The notes beneath the pieces were generated by a model that did not search any database, was not told the origin of the DNA, and saw only the letters and a list, made by a program, of their open reading frames with translations. From Vicugna vicugna (lineage: Eukaryota): a stretch of DNA of 64,000 nucleotides. The stretch lies in assembly GCA_013265495.1 (NCBI GenBank), contig MU058463.1, positions 4,238,244 to 4,302,243 of the forward strand, written 5' to 3'. Shown piece after piece: positions 13,527 to 23,412 of this stretch. The stretch's first letter is position 1. Every line of letters starts with the position of its first letter. Position numbers and translations under genes: made by a program.

Positions 13527-14276
13527 ATGACCCAGGAATCCCACTCCTGGGCTTGTATGCAGAAGGAAATCTACTCCAGGATGACACCTGCACCCCAATG
13601 TTCATAGCAGCACTATTTACAATAGCCAAAACATGGAAACAGCCTAAATGTCCATCAACAGGTGACTGGATAAAGAAGAGGTGGCGTATTTATACAATGG
13701 AATACTACTCAGCCATAAAAACCGACAACATAATGCCATTTGCAGCAACATGGTTGCTCCTGGAGAATGTCATTCTAAGTGAAGTAAGCCAGAAAGATAA
13801 AGAAAAATACCATATGAGATCACTCATATGTGGAATCTAAAAAACAAAAACAAAAACAAACAAACAAAAACAAAGCATAAATACAGGACAGAAATAGACT
13901 CACAGACAGAGAATACAGGCTTGTGGTTGCCAGGGGGGTGGAGGGTGGGAAGGGATAGACTGGAATTTCAAACTTGTAGAATAGATACACAAGATTACAC
14001 TATATAGCACAGGGAAATATACACAAAATGTTATGATAACTCACAGAGAAAAAAAGTGACAATGAGTGTGTATATGTACATGAATGACTGAAAAATTGTG
14101 CTGAACACTGGAATTTGACACAACATTGTAAAATGATTATAAATCAATAAAAAATGTTAAAAAAAAGAGTTTCATAAAGATGAATAAGTTCTGGAGACTG
14201 TACAACAATGTGAACAGACTTAACACTACTAAATCATCCACTTAATAAATGGCCAAGATGGCAAGTTTAAAAAAAA
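13527..14276 (+). mobile_element. 5'-truncated young L1 with a ~100-bp 3' transduction
   Basis: 13527-14166 matches 11550-12187 of the full-length L1. Extra segment at 14167-14268 followed by a second A tail. TSD aagaa(t/c)tatagggaaggg at 13509-13526 and 14277-14294. Confidence 0.92.
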
Positions 14277-14479
14277 AAGAACTATAGGGAAGGGTTCACA
14301 GGTAACAGATTATTTTTAAAAACATCCTGCACTTTTTTCAATGGTAGAACTCAGTGTATGTGGGTGTGTTTGTGTGCGTGTGTGATGGTGGGGGTGGTTT
14401 TGGAGGTGAGGTGATTAGGGTAGAGGAAAGTCTGGAAATGGCTCTCTCTGGGTCTGGAGAACATAGTGTCTTATAAACC

Positions 14480-14937
14480 TATGATAGTTAATTTTATGTG
14501 TCAACTTGGCTCTGGTATCCAGTAGTTTCATCAAACAACAGTCTAGTTGTTGCTTTGGAGGTATTTTTTAGGTGTGATAACATTTAAATCAGTGGACTTT
14601 GAGTAAAACAAATTACCCTCCGTGATAGGCCTCATCCCATCAGTTGAAAGCCTTGAGGGAAAAAGAGGTCCCATAGGGAGGAAGGAATTCTGCCTCCAGA
14701 CTGCTGTTCTGACTCAAGACCAACATCACCTCTTCCCTGGTCTCCAGCCTGTATGCTACCCACTTGACAGCCCTCCCAATTGCATGACCCATTCTCTAAA
14801 ATCTCCCCCTCTCTTATTCGAAATAATTCTCATATTCTAATTTGAATTAATTAACATATATATGTGTGTATATACATGTGTGTGTATATATGTATATCCC
14901 ATTGGTTCTTTTTCCCTGGAGAACCCTGATAAATACA
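14480..14937 (+). mobile_element. MLT2-like (ERVL) solo LTR
   Basis: 'tatgatagttaattttatgtgtcaacttggc...ctggagaaccctgataaataca' are typical MLT2 ends. Confidence 0.8.
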
Positions 14938-16569
14938 AAATTCCCTCAGGGCAGGCAGATTCCATATCATTGTCTTTGGATCTCCAATACCTATTAACAG
15001 TCTCTGCCCCATCCTTGGCCATACAAATGAACATGTGAGGGCGTGCATACATGTGGACCCGAGGTGCGTGTGGTGGTTCCAAGTCCCTACCTTGTTCTGT
15101 TTTTTGACCTGCTGAGAAATTGCATTTTAGTCCTAGGGGTGAAACTCTGCCTGTATGTCCCACAGTGGACAGTGAAGTTTTTCTTGAAAGGCTCTGGAAT
15201 TGTTTTGTACCCATGGACGTCTGAAAAGTTGCGGACCAATTTCAGTTCAGGAGCTCACTTGGGGGAAGGATGAAAGCTGACAGTGGGACCAGTTGCCACC
15301 AAGGAGTAACGAGGGGGAGTTTAGAGAGGTCAGCTCACTGCTCCCACAGGTCCTTCCTGGGAAAATGCCTTTGGGAGGTCACCTTGACTAAACAGGCTGG
15401 ATCCAACCTTGAGTGCTGAGCTCCCCTGGTGAGGGGTCTCACCCCTTACAGGAGGCTGGGGAATAGACAAGAATGCCATTATATCATCTTACCGTTTGAA
15501 TGTTCCTTTACATTGCAAGGCTAGATACGTTCACTGTGTAGGGTCCTTCCCTATGTCAGTGTGGCTGGGATGTCAGACAAGTACTGGGATGCTGCTTGTT
15601 GAGTGTGAAACTGGAGTAAAACAGTGGCAGAAATTTGAAGGATATTTCCCAAGACTTTGAAAGGCTAGAGGTCTCTGCTCCCACACAATGGATATTTTTC
15701 ATTGATCTTCACCAAACGTAAGGTCTTACCAAGACATATTAGGCATTCTCTGTTCACTTTTTTTTTTCTTGGTTCCTCTTTCAAATTTCCATATTGGTCA
15801 TCTTCCTGTTGTTGCAACACCTAGATACGTGACAGCACATTCTTGTTTGGCCACCTTTTCAGTGTAATTCTAGTGAAAAACCGAAACTGAGTTCTTGTAG
15901 CTGGTTAAGATGGCACATCATGTCTCCCTGAAGTACCCCTAGGGTCATGAGGCCGTGTCTTAGCTCTTCAGAAATCTCTCAAAAAAATTCCTTTCTTCCT
16001 TAGCACGGGTCATTTGTGCAGAACTCAGTCATTATGTGTGGATTTTGCTAGTGTAACTTTGAGTGCTAATCTGTGTGTCCAGTCTGGGGGGCACCTTTTG
16101 TTGCTCCAATGTGCTGATAATAAGGATTAGACCTATGAGTGTATGAGGCTGATCATGTTTGAAAGTACCAAAGTCTTAAGGTAAATAATTAGTGGAAAGT
16201 TGGGGTAGAAGAGGGAAAGTGATTAGGAATGAGATGATTCCTGGAAAAAATAAGTCCAAACGCAAGGTTACATAGGGACCAACGAAGACAGAGTAGGAGA
16301 GTGAGGTAAAAAAATAAGAGCTAAGACACAATGCCCTCAGGGTACAGTTGTGCAGGTTGTGAACTGTTCAAGATGACATACCTAAGAGGGCTCCATTCAT
16401 ATCACAGACATTGTCATTTTGCATATTTATTTTGATAATTGCATAGCAGAGGACGTAAGGTTTTTTAAATTCTAATAAAATAACAATTTTTCTGACAGAG
16501 AACGTGTGCTAGGAGATAATCCCTCAAGGGTTTCATATGTGTCTTCACACTTTGCTAGCAGAGGTCCTG

Positions 16570-16954
16570 TTTATTCTGGATTATCTTTTTAAGAATGTAT
16601 GGAGCAAACAGTCATGGAAAGTAGAAATATTCTCTCTGTAGAGTAAAGGGTAGGCAGGCTTACTGCTCATTATAAAAGATAAAGATTCCCTAAGCTCAGG
16701 GGTCCTCTCTTGTAACAAAGCCCACTGCGTGCAGAAATCACCAGCCTTCTTTCCATTGTTGTGGGAGAAGGAGCTTGGGGAACTGGTGCGAGAAAAAGCA
16801 GATACTTTGGCTATAGCTATTTCTGTGGGTAATAAAGTCCTTTGTCTCTGGCCGAGGAGTCTCATGTCTTCTGCCACAATCTGTGAAACTGTGGCTGGCT
16901 AAGTGTTAGCTTGCATGTAGGGTGACACCTCCAATCCTTCTCAGTTCTTAACAC
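16570..16954 (+). mobile_element. Old ERV1-type LTR (MER89/MER90-like)
   Basis: 'aataaagtcctttgtctctg...ggagtctcatgtcttctgcc...gaaactgtggctggctaa..gttagcttgca.gtagggt...cagttcttaaca' U5 end; family name tentative. Confidence 0.55.
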
Positions 16955-17664
16955 AGTGTCTTAAAGGAGGGAAACATTTTTCTGAGTTGCACAAAGGTGC
17001 TGTATGAACTAGCAACAGCCAGGCAGGAGGTAAGCCCAGACCAGCAATATGAAGAGGAGAGAAGGAGGAGATAAATTAGCAGGGATTGTTTTTCTAGCCA
17101 TTTTGTTTCTCACTTACCTATAGTTAGGCCCATCACAACTTACAGGATCAACACAGACAAGCTTAAAGGAGTGTAAGGTGCTCAACTCTGACTATTTAAT
17201 GAACTCACTTGGGGAGATTTCAGAAGTCTGATGCCCAGGCCAAGGAAACAGACTCTCAGCGGGTGAGATCCATGCATCAGTAATTTTTAAAGCTCCTCGG
17301 GTTATTCCATTTTGCAGCCAAGACGTGAGCCAGCGTGATGCAGCCTAAAGTTCTGAGGTTTGCAGATGCTGTTACCCATGCGTTTGTGGCAGCACTAACA
17401 AGTGTCCTGGCTTATACTCCTGTTCCTGATACGTACCTGAATTTGTGCAAAGCCCCATGGTTTCTCTGGTTCTACCCTGCTGTTTCTGGGCCTGTCTCTG
17501 GGACCCACAGATCTCCTTGCATTTCTGACTTTTGCCTGATTTCTAACAGGCTGTGTCAGGACCTATTGGAGAACAAATGAATTCTTTGAAGACCCTAAGC
17601 ACTTAAAAAAAATAAAAAGGCCCCTTCCTTCTCTTTCTCCCACTTGTAATAAAAATTAATATTT

Positions 17665-17880
17665 CTGAAGCACTTACTGTATACCAGACACTATTCTAAG
17701 AGTGTGTGCTGTGTTAATGTGATGTTTAATTCTCACAAAGCATCACTAGCCCCATTTTATAGATGAGGCAGCTGAGGCAGTGAGAGATGATAACTTGCCC
17801 AAGATTATGCAGCTGATATGGGTACAGCCAGGGCTCAGAGACAGGCAGTCTGGCTCCACAGATTGTACGAAGCCACTCCA
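17665..17880 (-). mobile_element. MIR SINE
   Basis: Core 'cccattttatagatgagg..ctgaggca...taacttgcccaag'. Other MIR pieces at ~23480-23620, ~26230-26430 and ~44580-44780. Confidence 0.75.
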
Positions 17881-18365
17881 CACAGTAAGACGAGTTAAAG
17901 AAAGTGGATAATGATATTTTTCCACCAAGTCTAATTTGATGCATTTTTTTTAAGAAATGTCAGATTCTTTCAAAAATTTTCTTCTCATTCTTAGCATTCT
18001 CAGTGTCCCTGCATAGTAGATGACTTAAGCGCATGCCTGTTCCCTCTGTTGGGCAATCCAGCACTGCTTGGTTAACTCATGCCAGGCTTCCCTAATGCTG
18101 AATGCTTTGTCAGTGGCAACTGTACATTTAGCTGTAGGGAGCAAACCTGCTTGGTGAGGGTTCAGCCAGCACCCTGCAGGGCCTGTTTCCCCAAAGCCCA
18201 CGCACCAGTGTGGGTGGACATGTTACGTGCTTCTTCCCTACAGCTAACTGAGTGCTGGCTTGTCTGTCCTGGTTGCCTCAGCCCCAAAACAGCCTTGGTT
18301 CCCTTCCTCATAGGAAATGACACGGTACTTAAGTCTTTTTAGGCAAACAGATTTACATGTTTAGA

Positions 18366-18677
18366 GCAGTGGTTCTTAAATTTTGTGTGTGTCAGAGTCA
18401 CCTGGAGGGCTTGCTCAAATGGACTCCTTGTCAGAAATGAAAATTCTTGGGTGTGGGACTTGGGTATGGGGTCATTCCTGACAAGTTCCCAGGTGATGCT
18501 TAGGCTGCTGGCCCCATGACCTGTGCTGAAGTGTGGTCCACAGATCAGCATCACCTGGGAGCTTACTAGAAATGCAGCATTACAGGCCACAGGGCAGACC
18601 TATAAGAATCAGAACCTGTGTTTAACAAGTTTCTCAAAATGTGACATGCATGCACATTCCAGTTTGAGAAGCGCTGG
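18366..18677. mobile_element. MER5-like hAT-Charlie remnants
   Basis: 'cagtggttctt..tcagagtcacctggagggcttg', 'acaagttcccaggtgatgct', 'agcatcacctgggagctt..tagaaatgcag', 'tttgagaagcgctg'. Confidence 0.7.
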
Positions 18678-19434
18678 TTTAGATCACCTATTTTGATTGC
18701 TTTGAAGATTTTAATGTCAAACAAAGATAAACCTTATTTGACAGCAATATCCAAAATAGTCACATTAAACTATATTCTGGCCACCAGAAAGACCAAATCA
18801 GATTATATGGATGATTTGGGGCAAATCTATCACAACTTGCTCCAAATGGTTCAGCATCATGTCTTGCTAACAGAAGGAGGATAATGTATTCAAAGTGATA
18901 CCAATGAAGAGACTGTTAGTGCTCACATGCTCAACGCAGCCTAATGCCAGGAGGCAAAATGAGGTTTTTTTTAGCTCCTTTTTTATCACTAAAACAATGG
19001 ATGGCATAAAATATACACTCAGCTTAAAGGTTATTTAGAGTTTGAGTACTTTGAAAATCAGTCAGTCAGAAATGAAAACTGCTGGTTTGGGGTCACTAAG
19101 GATAAGAGGTGGGAAAAGGGGAATGCTCTTTTCACTGTTCTTTTACATTTTGGGGGAAAAAAAGACAAGATAAATTATATCAACTTTGTTCCTTAAAAAA
19201 TGAAGAAACCAGTTACTGAGGTTATTGTTATTTTCCCTAACTCTTGATAAAGATTTTTAAACTTTGAAAGTCAAAGGGTGAACAGTTAGGTAAGTTTTCA
19301 AACACAGTAAGAGAAAATAATTTGCACCTGTCAGTAGATTCGGACGTGCTGGGTGAGAATAATCAAGCAGTATCAGCAAAGCTGCTGCTTCAAACCTAAA
19401 GTGTGGAAAATGGAAGCATTTAGTAAATGTTTCT

Positions 19435-19724
19435 TGTTGGCAGTCTTAAGTGAGTAGGTCGTGGGACCCAGGCCAAAACTCACAATAACTTGCTGGTGGT
19501 AAGAAGTAAGTGTACGTATGCGCTAGTAGCAGGAATCAGCATTATGAACAATACGCATGCGCCACTAGCATTATATAAAGGACAAGTGCATACACCTGAG
19601 GCGCATGCACCACCTGCTAGTACTGCAATGAAGTGGTGTTTTGCTCCATATCGGCTCCTCGCACCTTCTTCCAGTTGGGGCAGCTCACCTCCTCTGATTC
19701 CTCTGCAGCCTCCCACGGGTGACA
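19435..19724 (+). repeat. 5' LTR (290 bp)
   Basis: tgttggcag...gggtgaca; aligns along its full length to 23125-23412; TATA-like tatataaag at ~19572. Confidence 0.95.
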
Positions 19725-19726
19725 CT

Positions 19727-19744
19727 ATGCATAGTCAGCAGGAT
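19727..19744 (+). promoter_or_regulatory. Primer-binding site, tRNA-Ser type
   Basis: ATGCATAGTCAGCAGGAT vs TGGCGTAGTCGGCAGGAT (complement of the tRNA-Ser 3' end): 14/18 matches, two of the mismatches being CpG>CpA decay; lies 2 nt after the LTR. Confidence 0.8.
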
Positions 19745-20301
19745 GAAGTGAGTGCCCCTTCTGTTCCCCCTTCCTCTGATGGGGAAGCTTGGATGGGAAC
19801 AATGTGGCCCCCTACCTCATTATGGTACCTGGTAGCGGCTTACTTGCTGGCATGGGCCCTGCCTGAAGATTGGGATACAGTGGCGCCCTGGCCAGATGAC
19901 GTCTGGAAGGCTCTGGAGTTGTTGGAAAACAATGTCCCACAGGCCCACCTGGAGGTGGCCAGGAGGGTAGCCTGTATGTTTTTATCAGTCATACGTCATC
20001 CCAGCTGAGAAAATAGAGAATTACAGATACAAGTGGGGCAGTTACAGCGCAAGGAAGAGGAACTTGAGCAGAAACTCGGTATGGCAGAAAGATGCCTGCA
20101 TGGCTCCAGTTCCACTGCCTCTTCGAGAGCGGGCTCCCCCCAACCTTTCCACTATGTCTACGACCCATGGTGCAGCAGTAGGTGAAACTGGACGTCCTGA
20201 TGGCTCTATGGAAGAAATTATGGCCTGAACAACAAAATACCCCATTGCCGACCTCCCTACAGGCCGGATAGGTGGCCCTTACTGACTTCCTCCTGGACTA
20301 G
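19745..20301 (+). pseudogene. gag remnant (heavily deleted, with stops)
   Basis: Lies between the PBS and protease; 'MWPPTSLWYLVAAYLLAWA...', ending 'TDFLLD*' with the TAG in frame with pro. Confidence 0.65.
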
Positions 20302-22180
20302 GGGGAAGGCCGAGGCGTCCGGGACATGGGGAACCCAGGCGACCGGAGGCCACATGTTGAACTGACTATCCACTGGTCCCCCATGAACAAACAGCAGGTA
20401 CTGACATTAGTAGATACAGGATCCGAAATTACATTATTGTGTGGAAATCCAGATCGCTTTCTGGGACCGTGGGTTGATAAAGAGGGACACGGAAGCAAGC
20501 AAATGCGAGTTAAACGGGTGACACTGACTTTGGGTATTGGCTGCTTGCCCCCTGCTGCATATGAAATACATATATCCCCCGTAGCTGAGTATATCCTGGG
20601 AATAGGCATTTTGCAAGGATTGCAAATACAGACGACTCAAGGGAAATTTTGCCTGAGAGTTCATGTAGTGAAAACAGTTATACGGAGGCACCCCCATCAT
20701 GCACCTTTGATTCTGCCACAGGCCGCTCGAGTGGTGAATATCAGGCAGTATTAGCTGCCCAGAGGCCACGATGAGATAGGATGGACTATTTTGAAACTTA
20801 AGGAAGCCAGTATTCGGCCAATGCATAGCCCATATAACTCTCTAATATGGCCAATGCGGAAGCCAAATGGCTTCTGGACGATGACAATGGACTGTCGAGA
20901 ACTGAACAAAGCCACCCCCCCATGCACGCGGCTGTGCCTAATATAACAGACTTGACGGAGTGGCTGTCCCATGAACTGGGTACTTGCCACTACGTGGTTG
21001 ACATGGCCAGTGCATTCTTCTCTATAGACATACCCCTGAGAGCCAGGAACAGTTTGTGTTGACCTGGGAAGGTAGACAATGGACGTTTGTTGTGTTACCA
21101 CAGGGATATTTGCACAGCCCCACACTATGCCATGTCCTGGTGGCCCAGGACCTGGCTACATGGAGCAAACTGGAAACTGTTCGTTTGTTCCATTATATAG
21201 ATGACCTAATGCTAAACTCCGATTCTCTTTCAGATTCGGGAACCAGTGCCACAGCTCTGCGAGAAGCCCTGGTGGGCTGGGGGTGGGCCGTGAACGAGGA
21301 CAAAGTGCAAGGACCTGGATTTTCTGTCAAATTCTTGGGTGTTGTGTGGCCAGGTAAGACAAAAGTGTTGCCTGAGGCGGCAATAGACAAGACCAGGCAT
21401 ATTCCCGCCCCGAGACGGTTAAACAGTTACAGACTTACTTGGGCCTTCTGGGATTTTGGTGAGTGTTTATCCCTCATCTGGCCCAAATAGCTAAACCCTC
21501 TATAAATTGATTAAGAAGGAAAAAGTCTGGGACTGGACAGATGAGGCCAAACATGCATTTGTAGAAACTAAGAAGGGCAGTGGCCCAAGTTCAAGTGCTA
21601 CGCACTATAGATCCAGCCTCCCTTTCTGGTTAACAGTCCATATGGACGATGATGGATATGGTTGGGGCTTAAGGCAAAAGCATGGGCATCAGAAGGAGCC
21701 CATAGGGTTTTGGTCTCAGTTGTGGAAAGGAGCTGAATATCATTACTCTTTAACTGAGAAACAATTGTTAGCAATGTATGCATCCTTGACTGCCACTGAA
21801 CCCCTGATGGGGCGGCAAGAGGCCCAGGTACAGACCACATACCCTGTTGTAGGATGGATACATATGTGGGCAAGGCAAACCTGATCGGGGACTGCACAGA
21901 CCCCAACTCTGATGAAGTGGGGTGCTTATTTAGAACAGAGGGCCCAATATGCTGCCAGCCCCTTGGCTGCAGAGTTGCAGCAGGTAATAGGGCCTGTGAG
22001 ATTTGTTGCACCTGCTGTACAGACACTCCCACATCAGGGAGTGGCCTCTGCACCTAGTCCCTTTCACGAGGGGAAAGAGCCACCCCCGGGAACTGCTTGG
22101 TATACAGATGGTTCTTGCAAGGGCAGTCCACCCACTTGGGTTGCAGTAGCACTGCACCCTGCCACTGAAGTCTTCTGGTA
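20302..22180 (+). pseudogene. pro-pol remnant: aspartic protease, RT, start of RNase H; integrase absent
   Basis: LVDTGS (DTG at 20413-20421), 'VVDMASAFFSI', 'LPQGYLHSP', YIDD at 21194-21205, 'PIGFWSQLW', 'WYTDGS' at 22098-22115; frameshifts and stops. Confidence 0.93.
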
Positions 22181-22265
22181 TGAGCCCACTAGAGAAGTTA
22201 TTGTAGGGAAACCTGCTCTGTGACAGTACTTAAAAGGCAGGGGAACCTGCTCTGTAGCAGTACTT

Positions 22266-23115
22266 GTTCATGTAAAATTGACAAGTCTAAGTCCCTTCTG
22301 TATTGAGCAGCAGTTTGAACATGAGGCCCCAAACCACACAGTGGGGTGACTCCCCAAAGAGCTATGTGCCAACATCACTTGCAATGTAAATACCTCCACT
22401 TGGTAGGATGGACGGTGTTTGGCACAAAACCCACCAATTCCCTGCCATTAGGGTATCTATGGGTATGTGGCACCCATGAATGGTCATATCTCCCAGCTAA
22501 ATGGACAGGGTGCTGTACTTGGGGTAAAGTGTACTTGCCTGGGAATATCGGCCCACTTTAATGGAGCATCCCACAAACTGGGATCCACTGCACATCTGGT
22601 GGCACCATGAAAAGCATGCAGCTTGGTGGTTTTATCCCCGGCCCTGTTCCTGCCTGGTGCTGGGACCATAAGTGTAGAGTTGCAGGTAGAAGCTTTAGCT
22701 CAGCACATATCAGGTGCATTAAATGTTACTAGGAAAGCCATAGAGGAATTATTAAATGAAACCACTCAAATGCAGAAGGTGGTCTTACAAAGTAGGATGC
22801 CATTAGATACTCACTGCAAGCCAAGGCGGCACATGCTCTATATTACATATTGAATGCTGTATCTATACACCAGACCACTGAAAGGAAGTAGCTGAGGTTC
22901 TACAAGAAATAGATCAAGAGCTAAATCACATAGATCATGTAACTCAAGATCCCCTGAAGGAATGGTGGTCATCCTTAACCTCGTGCTGGAGGTGGGGCCT
23001 AATTGTCCTGGCCATTGTAGCTGCCTGCTTATTGATAGGATGCTGTTCACTGTATTGTTGTGATGGTCTTTGGGCACAGTGCTCTGCTCTATGGGGCAGG
23101 GTCCCCACGACCTAG
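22266..23115 (+). pseudogene. env remnant (C-terminal SU plus whole TM, gamma-type)
   Basis: 'YLWVCG..YLPAKWTGCCTWG'; heptad region; ISD-like LQSRMPLD at 22785-22808; after a frameshift, CX6CC 'CSILHIECC' at 22834-22860; then 'DPLKEWWSSL..WGLIVLAIVAACLLIGCC' membrane anchor; TAG at 23113-23115. Confidence 0.88.
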
Positions 23116-23124
23116 GGGGTGAAA
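23114..23124 (+). promoter_or_regulatory. Polypurine tract
   Basis: agggggtgaaa immediately before the 3' LTR. Confidence 0.8.
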
Positions 23125-23412
23125 TGTCGCAGTCTCAAGTGAGTAGGTTGTGGGACCTAGGCCAAAGCTCACAATAACTTGCAGGTGGTAAGAAGTAAAT
23201 GTACACATGTGCTAGTAGCATGAGTCAGCATTATGAACAATACGCATGCACCAGTAGCATTATAAAAGGACAAGTGCATACACCTGAGGGGCACGTGCCA
23301 CCCGCTTGTACTGCAATGAGGTGCTGTTTTGCTCCATGTGGGCTCCTGGCGCTTCCTTCCAGTTGGAGCAGCTCACCTCCTCAGATCCCTTTCCAACCTC
23401 CCACGGCTGACA
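23125..23412 (+). repeat. 3' LTR (288 bp)
   Basis: tgtcgcag...ggctgaca; about 35 substitutions and 2 indels relative to the 5' LTR by manual alignment. Confidence 0.95.

Larger units (their letters stand above)
19435..23412 (+). mobile_element. Internally deleted class III endogenous retrovirus (ERV-S-like), LTR-gag-pro-pol-env-LTR
   Basis: Paired LTRs (TG...CA), 5-bp TSD TTTCT (19430-19434 and 23413-23417), Ser-tRNA-like PBS, PPT, and protease/RT/RNase H/env motifs. Confidence 0.93.

Noticed and set aside
19490..20008. 172-aa ORF running from the LTR into gag
   Set aside because: Starts at a non-ATG codon inside U3; only the 3' part is gag-like, so it is probably a chance fusion.
22266..23115. 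env as a domesticated syncytin-like gene
   Set aside because: Frameshifted, with stops, and missing the signal peptide and most of SU.
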